Below are positions 11,851-26,005 of a stretch of DNA of 64,000 nucleotides, piece by piece; positions within the stretch are counted from its first letter, which is position 1, and each line of letters opens with the position of its first letter. A program made the position numbers and the translations under genes. The stretch comes from Lytechinus pictus (lineage: Eukaryota). Under the pieces are notes generated by a model, which was not told where the DNA came from, made no database searches, and was given only the letters and a program-made list of their open reading frames with translations. The stretch lies in assembly GCF_037042905.1 (NCBI RefSeq), contig NC_087252.1, positions 22,012,001-22,076,000 on the forward strand. The letters run 5' to 3'.

Positions 11851-13210
11851 TAATTAGCTGAATATGGATGAGCCTGCGCCTGTGAATATTTTTTTTAACA
11901 GAAATATGGCGAGATATAAATGGTGTGGATCACCAAGAGCCGGTGCCTTATTATCATAAGTCACGTACGTGGGTAACCTCTGTTTTTTTAGATAGTAATT
12001 TTTGCTAACAAAGGGCTGAAAAGATGGGGAAAGGCAGAAGGGAGAAAGGGTAGTGTAAAAAATAGATAATACCGTATAGCTTTACATCGCACATTTAAAC
12101 ATGTATTATACACTATTAAAAGGGGAAGCGGTGTAGTTCGTCACAGATGCGATTTAGTTCTTGGGTTTTACAATAGCCGATTCACATTTCTTCACGAAAA
12201 TTATGTATAAAATGACAATATACAGTGGCACAAATTAATAAATGTCTTTCTTAATACATGCATATGTAAGCATTTGTCAGTGAAAACATAAACCGCATTT
12301 GCTTATAAGGATTGAAGTCAATAAATATAGGGACAACTTGATGGGTGAATATTCAAAATACGTTAATCTCAACTACATGTTTATTCATGAAAATGATGGA
12401 CGAATAAATGCAGGAGGAAGACTAAAAAAAAAACATGATGTGGTTTTTTGTTATTATAAACGCTCTGCTTGAAGGATGATTATGTTTGATTTTGTTCCTG
12501 TGGTTGCTTGAACTCTATTTTTGTTTGGCATAAGTCAGCGAAAATAATTTACAGTAATGAAAATTGTCCAAATTGAACTGGGTATTAATCACGTTTGTGT
12601 GGTGCTGTTAGTACTCCATGCCGAAAGACCAGATGCTGGGGGCGTTTCATGAAAGGACTTGTCAGACATTTTATCCGACAATTACCATAGGAACAGTGCC
12701 TCTCAGCCAATCAGAATCAAGGAAAAGATGTCAGATCTAACAACTTGTCGGATGAAAATATTGATGAAACGCTCCTATTGATTACACTCATCCCATGACT
12801 GCGCGCCGTGTTGCTTACGCGCGCTTTTCCCGCTTCCTCCACGATTCAAATTTGGCGTTTTCTGATCGGGAAAATAGGCATGAAAGTTTGAACATGTTCA
12901 AAATTTTTAACCAATCACGCCGATCTGAATAAAATGCCCGTTGTTACCCCGTCTTCAACACAACGTTGATATTACGCTGCGGCTGCTCCCGATTTGGCGA
13001 TTTCCTATCCCGCCCTCTGTCGATCTAATTAATGATCGGGATGGATCGGGGTTTCACATCGTGGTAGTGGAATGGTCCCTTATCATCACTTTTTTATTAC
13101 TAATATTTTGCCAGTGTTGGTTGCAAAAATAGTTGTAACTTATAAAATCAAGCACAACTTGATCATGAATTTAATCAGAAACTTGTAGGTCTTTGGGAGT
13201 ACGTATTTCA

Positions 13211-13524
13211 GGGCCCCGTCTTACAAGGAGTTATGATTGATCCAATAAATCTCAAGTATTATCTAAAACCATCAAGGTCATAATTTTTTCTTCAGGAAAT
13301 GTGCTAAATATCCTTTGAAAACAAAGAGAAGCATACAGAATTGTCAAGAAAAAACAGTGAACGCCTGTCCATACATCATTTCTAGGAAATATTTTGAACA
13401 TATATTTTAGATGTTAACATTGCTGGCTTTCCATAGTTGCGATTGATCGGATCAATTCATAGAGATATATACTAAAAACTGGTGATCTATCTCTATGGAT
13501 CAATCGCAACTTTTTGTTGGCCCC
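13211..13524. mobile_element. Harbinger/PIF-like MITE family (GGCCCCGTCTTACAAAGAGTTACGATTGATC termini)
   Basis: Other copies with long TIRs at ~21682-21930, ~32155-32423 and ~53979-54229. Confidence 0.75.
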
Positions 13525-13749
13525 AGATAAGCGTTTGATTTTTAAGAGGTTGTATACGCGACTCTTGTACAGAAAAAACCCTGCAAAATCTCCGATTTGT
13601 CGGCTTGTATTGACGCGAAATCTCCGATTGTCGGCATGTATTGACGCGAGTGTATCTTATTGTTACGTCACATTACAGCCACTGCACTCATCATGATGCA
13701 AAGAGAGTTAGGCTTGCGCACGCGCACTACAGGCGCTGCTGCAGCGTCT

Positions 13750-13815
13750 TGTCTGAGTCGTGACGTAATAATACGGTACGTACGCACGAAGTGTGTAGAA
13801 TAATGCGCATGCGCA
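13750..13815 (+). promoter_or_regulatory. Putative proximal promoter of the 7-exon gene: NRF1/P3A2-type palindrome and CRE-like site
   Basis: Perfect TGCGCATGCGCA at 13804-13815 and GTGACGTAA at ~13760, about 180-230 bp upstream of ATG 13994. Confidence 0.45.
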
Positions 13816-13993
13816 AGAACTTCATTTCCACAGCTACAGCTACAAAACAGAGATGTATGATTACAATAATAAGAACACAAAAAACGATAAGAAAACAATG
13901 TATAATTTCCCATGAGAGTCGCAGAAAAGTAAATCAGGATTGTACCCAATGAATTTGAAGTTTTAAAGGAACAGAGTTTGAAAGACATCTTAA

Positions 13994-14114
13994 ATGGCAA
14001 GCGCAACCGTAGTCTGTCCTTTGGCCGAGCCAAACCGTACAACCTTCTTAAATACAAGAGAACGGTAAGACGATCATTATGATATCGTACTGTATTGAAT
14101 GGTGGTGGTGGTGA

Positions 14115-14145
<31 letters not shown>

Positions 14146-14270
14146 GATGATGATGGTGGTGATGATGATGGTGATGATGGTGGTGATGATGATGATGGTG
14201 ATGGTGATGATGGTGGTGATGATGATGATGGTGACGATGATGGTGATGATGATATGATGGTGATGATGAT

Positions 14271-14306
<36 letters not shown>

Positions 14307-14814
14307 GTGATTGATGGTGGTGATGATGGTGGTGGGGATGATGATGATTATGATTATCATAGTGCCGATGATTATCATGACTATGAAAATGATGTCAGTG
14401 ATGATAACGAAGATGATGGGGAAATTTTTAACAATGATGATGTGCATGGTGTTGGTGATTATTATAATGATGGCTAATACTAATAATAATGGGGATGATG
14501 ATGGTGACAAAGATGAAAAATAGATTATGTCATTAATAATCATAAGGAGAGGGTGATACTGATGATGATGATACTAATGATGAGGAGGAGGACATTGATG
14601 ATGATGATGAGGAGGAGGAGGAGGATTATGATTATACCATGGGCGGAAATCCCAGGGGGGCGCGACCCCTACCAAAAATAGTAGGGGGGGCAAAATATAA
14701 AATGCAAATGTCCCCCTACTATTTTTGGTCTTTGATGATGGAGAAAAAAAAACATTCACAATCGAAATAATACATGTATTTTCGATTGAATTACCATACA
14801 TTTTGTGTGAAATG

Positions 14815-14846
<32 letters not shown>

Positions 14847-17800
14847 GGGGGGGGGGGGGGGGGTTAGAACATGGCCCTACATTTTATTTTTATTTTTGCT
14901 TGTCAAATTTTCCAGCCCCTGGCCCCCCTACCTTTGGGGACAGATTTCCGCCCATGAAGATTACAATGATGATGTTGATGACGATGATGATGATGATGAT
15001 GATGATGATGACGATTATAACTAATTAAATCACAAACTGTAAAATAAATGTAAACACGGCTTCTCTAATGTTTGCAGAGTAATTGGTGAACCGGGTGCAG
15101 AATGGGACCCCGAGTTGACGAACTACCAGACGGATTTTACCGCCAAAGCCATCGTACTACGTCACAAGCGGCCAACGTCAAGCAACAGGAAAAATAAGCC
15201 ACACCCTAAACATGTTGCACATCTTCGAAGGTTGACAAATGAGGTACATTAAGTTGACACAAGTATCCCATCCCTTTTCCATTTCAAATAGCCTATAGGC
15301 GTATATATTTTTTAGTTTATGCAATTAATGCTGTAAACTTAAATTCAATTCAAGATACGGTACGTCTTTATTCCAGACACAGCTGCATAAGCAGAGGTCA
15401 ATATAAACAAATATCACAGTATACATCAAGAAAGACATACAGAGATAAAACTAGATTAAACAAAGAACAGATAATTATGTATAGAAAGTACAGAACAAGA
15501 TATAAGATAATCACACTAAAATGATACAAGAAATAATTTGTCAAGTCTATGTAGTCTATGTGTGTCTCTCTAATTGTACTTATTTACTTATTTATTAACT
15601 TATTCATTTACTTATTTTTCATTATTTATTTAATCATTTATCTATTTATTCATTCATATCATCATCACCATCGTCATCATCATCATTAACATCATCATCA
15701 TCATCAACATCATCATCACCACTATCATCATCATAACCATCCGATCATCATCCATTATCATCATCATCATCGTCGTCGTCATCATCACCATCGTCATCGT
15801 CATCATCATCATCATCATTGTCAAATACTTTCCTGTGGGGAATGGGCGTGAGGGCCGGTGGGCGTACATAATTTATGTTTAAAATGAATCATAATAGAGG
15901 TTTACATGTATCCCTTATAACTGAAATTCGGTTATGCCTCAAACACATGAGAAGGAGAATACTTTTCAGTTGAAGAAAGAAACCCCACCCCCCCGGCCCA
16001 TTCTCCCCCCCCCCCTCCTTCTCACCAATTCACATCACTTACCGTATCGCCTTCCTGGTCGTTCTCCAGCCCGTCTGCACTGTCAAGACGATCATCAACC
16101 AGGTCGACCTTACGACGTCGAGATCATGCTGGATGCAGTCGTTGATGAAAGCCCAGTTTAAACTCCCGCCTACCACGCCCGACCGGACCACGAGGTTTGG
16201 GTGTAACAAGAACAAGCACCTCGCCGCCTCAGGCATCGGTGAGCATTCCTTGAATAACCTCCTTTTAATGAACCTGACTTGAGATCACTATAACTTATGG
16301 CGGCAATAACTGGCTGGCTTCACAAGAATAAAAAAGCACTTTCAATGGGTTATGTAATGAGTCAGTTGCGTACGTTGCTATGTTAATTCACAGGGGCCCG
16401 GGGAAACGCGGGGGGGGGGGGGGGCTGGGTGGGCTTCACCCCCACACTCTTGTCAAAAACCGTGTATAAAAACGTAAAAAATACCATCTGATTATAATTT
16501 TTGCATGGTCAGCCACCCTTGGCTCAGCCCCCCCCCCCCCTTCAAAACCATTCCGCGGCCCCTGACACATACACATTATCTTTTGTTTTTTTGTCGTTAT
16601 ACTTGAAGTCCCCGTTAGAAATTCGCATAGAAAACAACATCCAACCAAAATTAATGACTTTTCCCAGAAGTCAGAACCTAGTTAGCAGTGACGAAATATT
16701 TTTTAACATGCTAGTAATAAATAAACCTCAACATTTGGAGTCCACTTGGTTTACATGTACATTAACCTTGTTGATTATGTTTGTCAAGCTGTCAGATTTT
16801 AAACAACGTTTGCTGAAAGGTATGCATAAACTTTGAATATGGTAGCTCGGAAGCACTTTTATTGTATGAACTTATACTAATGGGAAGATACCGATTATTG
16901 TTTATGGCGCAGTCGCATTTCCTCTATACCATGTGTACGGGGGCCGTATTTACGGCGAGTCGAAAACAACAGTTTTATCATTTTTTGTACCAGATATATA
17001 GGTGCTTGATAATAAACAAAACGGCTGTTTTCGACTCGCCGTACGGCCGCCGTAGGGGAAATGTGACTGCAGCATAATACCTTGGTCACATTTCCCCTAC
17101 GGCGGCCGGACGGCGAGTCGAAAATAGCCTATTTTAACATGTTTTGAACCAGCTACATAATACAAAAATGATTAGAACGGCTGTTATCGACTCGCCGTAC
17201 AGCCGCCGTAGGGGAAATGTGACTGAGGTACATGTATAAGCTATATACCGAAATGGTGTCATTTCACTGGCCGCCAAAGCAACTTCGTGATTGAATTATT
17301 GTGATCTTTACTGAATAAACATGCTGAACAAGATCTTCTTCATCTTCATATACTCGAAATCCTTTAACCAATGTGTTGGCATCCCACCTCGAAAGGCTTA
17401 AAGCCCCCTCACACCTGACCGAATGTAGGCGGACGAAGGGTGACGAATGGAAAGCGAAGGATAAATATGACAGGCAAAGGATATCGATTTTTTTTTGGTT
17501 CACCTCTTTGAGAAAATTGCGGCCGAAGGCGAGCGAAGGGTTGATATAACCCAATAAGACGAACGAACAGTGAGCAATGGTTTGATATGGCGTGCGATTA
17601 CAAACGCAGACGAGGGAATAGGTCGGGAAATCTTGTTCTTTGTGTCATCGTGTTGCTTCGTTACGGGTTCTTTCGAGATCGGTCCACTTTGGCAAAAGCG
17701 CGAAGAGGGACTAAAACGGCACGACAAAAACACACGAACGATAAACGAACGATTACCGCAGACTTGATATGCGAATTCAAACAGATGACCAACGATTTTT

Positions 17801-18623
17801 CGATTCGTCGGGAAATTTTAAACATGTTCAAAATTCCCGAGCGAATTTGAATAATCGCAGCTGTTAGTTCAGAAGATGTACGAACCCTTACACGAAGGGT
17901 AAATGATTTACTGTCAGTTACCATTGAAAACGATATTTTTTAAATGCCTTTCGCCAGCCATCGCAAGGCATATTTCAGGCAATTCGGTTAGGTGTGAGGG
18001 GGCCTTAACCCCGAGGTAGAAAATCAACCAGATATTATTGTATGAAAATCATTGAAAACTGTGATATTAGGTAATGGTCACTGCAAAAAAAATGCCTAAT
18101 CTAAATGTACAAAAAAAAAAGCTCAGCACAATCATTGAAATAAATTTAGTATAACTTTGAACCTATTTTCCATCGTATCGCAGTGCCAACCCACGCAAAG
18201 AGCTCAGACAAGAAAGAGGAGCCCCTTCTACCAGCATGTGCAAAGGTATGGTCAATTTTCTTGGTTTAAATTCTTTAGATATTAATCCCTTTTCCCATTT
18301 TGAATTTTGATACTACTTTCGAAAGAACTAGAAAAGTAGGTTTTGTAATAAAGAAATATATATGACAGATCTTCGTGACTTTCACAATGACCGAGTTGCA
18401 TTAATCGAATTGCGTTGTGCGATAGTTAACATTTTTGCTAGTGGTGACAAATGTTTGATTATCAGATAAAATGCTTGTTTTTCTTTATCATGCATCATAA
18501 TCATCATTATCATCATCATCACCACCACAACCACCACCACTATCACCATCATCATCATAAATAATTATCATCACCATCACCACCACCGTCATTATCATCA
18601 TCATCATTATCATCATCACCACC

Positions 18624-18657
<34 letters not shown>

Positions 18658-18677
18658 TTATCATCATCTCCATCACT

Positions 18678-18708
<31 letters not shown>

Positions 18709-19924
18709 CCACCACCACCATCATCATCATCCTCATCACCAACACTACCACCACCACCACCATCATCATCGCTATTCTTCTTTACATTCTAATCTTCATT
18801 TACTTCCCTGTAAATGATAATTATTTTCTGTAATCAAATTTTCTCTAATCATTGGAATCTAGAAAACCACTATGATGACGACTTCGACTCCGTTTCAGTA
18901 TGTCCCAAGAAAACGGAAAATAATCCCTAAAATCCTAGGTAAGTTCAGAGATCACAAATTCATTCTATTTCTCTCATTCTTTTTATCCTCCCTTTTTCGT
19001 CTTCCTCCTCTTATCCTTTTCCCCATCAATTGTTTTTCCTCCTTCCTCCTCAATACTTAATGCCATTTTTATACTCCTCCTCCTCCAGCATCTTTCTCCC
19101 CCCCCCCCTCCAATCTCCTTCTTCTTATCCTCCTCCTCTACTTCCATGTCGTTGTTGTCATTCCTCGCATTACCAGTGTAGGATCATAATAAAATATACT
19201 CGATCAATATGAGCACTTCGCAACGCGCCGTGGATAGTAAACTTCACTTTTATCATGTCAACAAGCCCTAATCCTGACTTATCTGTATGATAAATGCGGC
19301 ATACTGTGCTACAGTATTATGTCTAATTAAACAAATTGTTAAATTTGAAAATATAAGTTGCATATTGTTTCGTTCTTATACTTGTTTTGGCTAATCTTTT
19401 CTGTATTGAAAGATGAGAGTATTGGTATTCTTCATCAACCCTTACCCGACAAAATACCGCTCGGGAAGCCACGCCGATGGAAAACTTCGAAGAGACTGGT
19501 CGAGAGCGCGCCAGCTACGACGCTTCAGGTACGAAATGGTTAAGCGATTTTATAGAAAGAACATTATCATCGCTGAGTTGAGTGAATTTTCACGATAATA
19601 TCCTAAAGGCCTTTAATTTCTTAAATTACTCATAGATAATGCATCACAGTGATTCATTGGCCTTTGAGGAATATAAGTGCAGGGGGCGGGGTACCAGAAT
19701 AACACCTGTGCATTATTTGTCTATGCAGGTGCCATAGCTGAGTTGTTCCTTTGCCTTATGTTATTCATCATTTTAACATTTTGAATATATTTTCACAGGT
19801 CTCCAATTTCGATGGTGGAGCGCCTCCAGACTACTCCAAGTCCATCACGGGACGCAAGCTATGCTGGTATCCGGCAATAGAGGGCGGCATCCTAAAAATA
19901 CCCGGATACATGAGACATTTCTAG
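13994..19924 (+). CDS. Uncharacterised 249-aa basic protein, 7 exons; motifs reminiscent of ciliary/sperm C2orf73/TEX26-type proteins
   Basis: Exons 13994-14064, 15078-15243, 16070-16238, 18184-18245, 18899-18938, 19413-19528, 19799-19924. All introns are GT-AG with compatible phases (2,0,1,0,1,0), giving a 750-nt open frame: MASATVVCPLAEPNRTTFLNTRERVIGEP...RPTSSNRKNKPHP...NEPVCTV...TRFGCNKNKHLAASGIVP...KIPGYMRHF*. The family resemblance is from memory, not a search. Confidence 0.8.
16958..17230. mobile_element. Two adjacent copies of a short palindromic MITE
   Basis: GGTCACATTTCCCCTACGGCGGCCG.ACGGCGAGTCGAAAA and its reverse complement are repeated. Confidence 0.6.
17398..18007. mobile_element. 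Harbinger-like MITE
   Basis: TIR AAGCCCCCTCACACCTGACCGAAT / ATTCGGTTAGGTGTGAGGGGGCCTT. An element of similar style lies at ~49378-49805 (GGCCACCGCACACCTTACGAC). Confidence 0.7.
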
Positions 19925-22900
19925 ACATACAACCTAGTGGCGTATTTAGGCTCGGGTGCAAGGGACGCCCACCCCCCACCCCTTATATTTCGAGAATCAC
20001 CCATTGAACATTCACATTAATATAGACAAATCTAAGGGGAAAAAGTGTCATTTGCAACCCCTCTATTTTCAAATTTCCTCTTTACAGTTAAAACCCCCTT
20101 AATTTCAAAATCCTTGATCTGCCTCTAGTACAAGCATAAAAATAACATGAAGGAACACGATTCCTAGAGCTCACTATCTTCTAGAGGTAGCAGGGGCATT
20201 GCAGAGTTTTGGGAATTTAAGGTACAAGGTTTGAAGAATGAAATCTCTTGATTGCAGATTTTGGATCTGTTTTATAGACCAAACACGGGACAATGTATAT
20301 TGAAGGAGATATCCCTTCAATATGTACATATATCAGCAGTTGATTTAGGTTTAATCAATCTTACACCTCAGTTAATTATGGGGACCTAATACATGCATTA
20401 ATCATGATTTGATATATTTTGCTAGTCAGAGAAAAGAGAATTATTAGTTGTAAAAAAGGTGATGACGAATTCGTCTACAAAGATGAAAGCCATAATTCAC
20501 TAAGAAAATCTGTAAGGTTTTAACACATTCTTTTGGGGTCAGTGAATGTAAGAGCTAGTATATTATATATTCATTGAAACCATAAAGTTCTGTTATCAGA
20601 TTATCGCCTTGAATTTTACTCACTACGAGGCTATGTGTAGCTACAAAAAAAAAAACAGCTTGACTGCCATGTTATTTTCTGTTATAAAAGAACCATTTTA
20701 TTAATTTTCTCTCCTTTCAACGGTTCTTAACAGAAAAACCAGAGAAATAAAGATTATTCCAATCATGAATAATACAATTTAGAACATATTCTCATACTTG
20801 GTCTCCTCCTTTCCCCCAACAAATATCAGGGTCCTGTTTCACAAAACTTGTTATCAATAACAAATGCTAAAAAATCAATAACAAATTTGTTCTCCACCAA
20901 TCAAATTGGTGGATTTTGGTAGCTTATAACAGTACCTTGTAACTTAACAGTGATAAGAAGTTTCATGACACAGGATCCTGAATTTACATACACATATGTA
21001 TCTCCATCATATTTCATAACATACAATCATTTATCTCAAGGCAACCCATATTGCTTGAGAACAATTAGAATGGTATAAGTGTCTTCATATAGAAAAAATA
21101 AAATAAATGAAAAATGAAAAAGCATCACAGTAAAATGTCTGTGTACATATATTTGGAAAGTTCTTTAAAGAAAAGGATTAACATTTCTTTCTCTACTCTT
21201 TCTATCTTTCTGCTTATGATCGGTAACAAAGTAATCTTCATACGATCAAAGCTTTTAATTCAGCTCGATTCAAGAAATCGATCTAAAAACAAGATGGCAG
21301 CGAGTAACATACCAACAATGCTTCTAGTTGTCATTCAAGGCTTTCAATATGTCTCCTCTTGGTCTTTGGTCGTATCAAATTTAGAATCAAAGTTCAAATC
21401 ACATATGGAAAGCCAAAGGACAAAAATAATACAATTTATTTGCAACCCATAAATCAGTACTGTTTAACAGGAAAATTATTCAAGAATCGGGGTTACAAGA
21501 CGTCTCCATGAAATATTTTATTTTCAAGAATCCTGTGTTGTCAAAGAAATTATTATTTTTTAAATAAAGACTAATGAGCAAGTAGAATATATTGATCAGT
21601 CAAGAGTTTTAACAAGCATGACACATACTCTTGGAGTACATACATGCACAACACATGGAGAAATATACAAAAAAAAAACATGGCCCCGTCTTACAAAGAG
21701 TTACGATTGATCCAATCAATCGTAACTCTATGGAAACCCATCAATGTCATAATTTTTTCTATAGGATGTTTGCACAATGTCCTTTGTAAACAAAGAGAAG
21801 CACAGTGAATATTCAAGAAAACAATGAATGCATGAATAATACATCATAGTTAGAAAATATTTTGAACGTTTGCAGGCCGTCCATAGTTACAATTGATCGG
21901 ATCAATCGTAACTCTTTGTAAGATGGGGCCCAGAAGGGATAATATTCACATACAATTGCATATAGTTGAATCAATGATATGCACAACCCAGTTTCACAAG
22001 ATACTGCGAGAAAGACCATTCAAAGAATTTTGTTTTTTTCATTACCAAGAGGAGCATCAAGTTTTGGTCATATTTCAATATTTTCATTCAATTTCATTTT
22101 GTAATTTGCATCGTCATCTCACAAAAATGAGATATTAGGAAATAACTTTTGCTGAGATGCGGTCTCAATTAGGTTCAATATTAGTTAGTCCAAGTAAGCC
22201 AGTTAGGTGAAGAATTTAGATATATAACTTCTTCATCAGTAAGAGAGCAAGAATACAACTACAGTTAAGCAGATTGGAAACAAATATTTTTTTTATGAAG
22301 CAAGCTATAAGTAAAGAAGCAAGAGCAAAATACCAATGAATGTGTAAATTCAAATGTTACGATTTCCTAAGATTTAGATGATGATCCCCACATTTATAAT
22401 TCAATTGATATTTTTTGGTAGGGGGGGGGGTGGTAATGAAGATAAAATAACCATACAAAATAATTCACATTTCCAAGTAGTACTTCAGTAATTTTATCAT
22501 TTATCCCCCCAAATAAATATTTTGGTTTTCTTTCAAGTGTGAAAATGGCAATATTAAAGGGAAATCCATCCTTGGTCATAAAATTTTGTGGGAAAGAGGA
22601 GAAAAATAGTTAAAAGAAAATGGTGAAAGTTTGATATTGAAAATGCAACTTTTTTATTTAACTTTTAGCTCTTTATGCGCCTTGAGCACTCTGCAGAGTG
22701 GATTTGGCGCTTTATTAGTCACATTATTATTATTATTTATTATTAATAAGAAGGTTCAGGCAGTTTCAAAATTGATATCCCTAAGACTATGTAAATTTCA
22801 AATTGGCAACTTTGTAACTAAATAATGACATCTTTCCTATAGAAGACCATGTGCTTAATTATCAGACATTTCTGGTTTTCTCCTAAGTACTTATTCCCCT

Positions 22901-25739
22901 TAGGCAGTTATCAAAATATATAATTTGAAGTCAAGTTTTTTTAAAATGACATTTCATGACATCACCAATGTGGTCAATTTGAAGTAACCATTGGTATAGT
23001 GATTACCAATCATAACTTTCTTATTGTTTGTCTGATGTTCAAACTTTCACCTACATGTATCAACTTGTCCAATTTTTCTTTTTCCTCTAACTAAAAAACA
23101 ACATTTTATTTGGGTTGGAGCCCCCTTTGAGAAATATTATTTAGCAATGAACCACTCACAATATTAATGAACTCTAAAAAAGTTTAGCATAATCCATACA
23201 TGTACATATATTCCAGTGGTAATACAGAAGCTGTGGTACACAATGTTTCATGCAGATATGGCCCTCAGGAAGTTAGGTTATCAAGTACTTTTTACATTAA
23301 TTTTGGAGAGCATTCATTTCTCACTCTTGCGGGGGGGGGGGGGGGGACTCAAAAGGTTGGAATTTGCATTTGATAGATCAATTGAATTACTGTATGGCAA
23401 AATGGATTCACACTCTCTATTGCAGGAAGCAGACAGGCAATCAATTATTGGAAGTTTGCGATTGATTGAGGACTTATGATCAATTTGAGCCCTGTAGGTC
23501 ACTATTATATGGTTCCTCATCAGGAGGGATAAACCAGACAAACCATGAAATAAGAAAACCATCTCATCAAAATTATCATCACATTCAACATTTGCGGATT
23601 AGAAAATGGCCCTTGTGACTAGGTTAAAGGTGTAGGTTTCCTAGGATTTGAGAGGGCGCTGTTGGACTTTTTTCAGCATAATTTTCATGGTGCTGTCAAT
23701 TATCAGCTAGTTGCCTAGCACACATTCACAGTACACATAAGCTGCGATGCTTTTGGCTACATCGGTGCTGGCCAAAACATCTGGTGACGTCACTTCACGC
23801 AGCAGCAGCAGGAGACAGAGCCAACCTGCCACTGCTGCCAGGAGTCTTCAAACAGCAGCCAAAGCATGTTTACGCAAACTGAGAATCATCAAGAGTTCGG
23901 GCATTCAGAGCACGGCGTCTGCGTAAGCGTTGTATAAGTTTGGTGTCAATGGGCAGCTGGCACCAGCACGTAAATATGTCCAACAGCTCCCTCTTGAATC
24001 CCGAGAACGATTACCTTTCAGTGAAAACCCTCAAGCAAACACATTTCTTGTATGCCGCCAACATGGCATCAAATCCCTCATCGTAGTTTATATCCACTTT
24101 GGTCTACCTCTCATATACATAGTCTGATTCCACATCGGCTAGACCCACTTGGTCTACTATCAATTTGGTCTTATTGATGTGAGGTCTTTAGTCTAAGACC
24201 CAGCTGGGCTAATTTCTACTTTGTCTTTATAAAATATTTTCCCTCTCCAAATGAAAATGTGGTTCACAAACATGTTCATCTACATGAACTATAAAATGGT
24301 GTTACACCTAGTAGACATAAGACAAAATGGTTATAGCCTCAATAGGCTAAGACTGTTCGCGATCCGAATTTGGAACAAATAGCATTTTGCTCATTTTCTG
24401 AAAACGTGAATGAAACATATAATTTTATTTGAGGTTAAAATTAATTGAAAGAATACTAATATAACCATTTTAAAAGATTGCAAGCCTTTATTTTGGAGTA
24501 AAGGCCCAATTAGTTTCAAATCGTAGCCAATCGTACGACTGCTATGACGTCATTACGACTAGATATTAAATTCGCTTTTATTCTAATAAGGATGAGAGCA
24601 TAGTCACAGATTTGAACATAGCAATTTGTACGATAATTTAGAACATTACACAGTAAGATATTCCATGTCTCAATATTAGCATCAAATTCTACTTCATTTT
24701 ATTCTGAAATCGGGTCGCAGACCAATCGTAAGGTGTGCGGTCGCCTTAAATGGCAGTCAGACCAAATGGTTAGTACACATACTGGTTGTAGACGAACTAG
24801 GATTAGGCCATTTGGGATGAATAAGCCAGTGGATGGGTCAGTACAATCCCTCTGAAAGTATGCATCCCATTATGACCAAAATCAGAAATCTTTGGTATGT
24901 GAAATAATAATAATATACACAGAGCTGCCAACCTCTGTTGACCAAAAAACATACTGATCCATAATTAAAATCATATTTTGAAGGAAAAAAACATATTTTG
25001 GTACAAAAATTGATAAATTACACATAAGAAGCATGCCCATCAAATTGAACATAAAACATATTTTGCAATAAAAATTCATATTTTGTCACTTTTGATTATG
25101 AAAAAACATACTAATATCGTTAAAACATATTAGTTGGCAGCTTTGTATATAGCATTTTGGAGGTGCTGATTAATCAGTTGCTTATTCGGGGTTCCCACAG
25201 AAATTTGAAAACAGAATTCCATGACTAAATTGCTGCTTTCCATGACTTCCTGTGACGTCCCCGGAGTTATGTAGAATTTGAGATGACGCGCAACTGGGAA
25301 ACGTGGAAATCATGAACACCAATTATGATAGCAGACTATGATCACAGAGTATGAGTGTTGCGAGACAACGACAAACTGGAAAGCTGCCATAGCCAAGAAG
25401 TAAATGCAATTCCACGACTTTTCCCTGACTTTCCATGAACACAAATTTTTCCAGGATTTTCCATTACTGTGGGAACCCTGTTATTCAATGGCGCACCATG
25501 TATAAGCGCTGCTTTAGCTCTAGTTTCTACAGGTGCTTGGTGCATTCAAGGAATAAATCCTACCTGGGGGCCATTTCATAAAGCTGTTCGTAAGTTAAGA
25601 GCGACTTTAAGAGCGACTGGTGAACCTCTCTTACGCGCTAAACCATCGCCAATGGTGTACCATTTACCAAAAGAAATGATCACCAGTCGTTCTTAAAGTT
25701 GCTCTTATCTTACGAACAGCTTTATGAAACACCCACCTG

Positions 25740-25860
25740 TGTTGAATGCAGCACAATGCAGACCAATTACCTGCCGAAGGAAATTACGCTGTGGCTGGGA
25801 TTCGAACACATGACTCTCTGTTTCAAAGTCCAGAGACGAATCCAATTTCATGCTACTATA
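25740..25860 (-). mobile_element. tRNA-derived SINE remnant
   Basis: Reverse strand carries a B-box-like GTTCGAATCCCAGCC followed by a body similar to the SINE at 63738. Confidence 0.45.
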
Positions 25861-26005
25861 CTTACAAGATATAAGAGGATTGGGGCTTATAAATCTACCA
25901 TTTTGCTGAGAACCTTGACAATTTGTCACAAGGGCCAATCATTATCAACACACTGGATTAAATCAATAGACAAATTCCTATATTATAATGGTGGATTGCG
26001 GTCTC

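Noticed and set aside
13668..14543. 291-aa ORF and similar His/Ile/Met/Asp-rich ORFs (5470-5853, 15654-15869, 18488-18769, 29662-30479, 59093-59411)
   Set aside because: These are translations of (CAT/GAT)n microsatellites, which lack stops in several frames. The only real coding parts are the overlapping exons already assigned.
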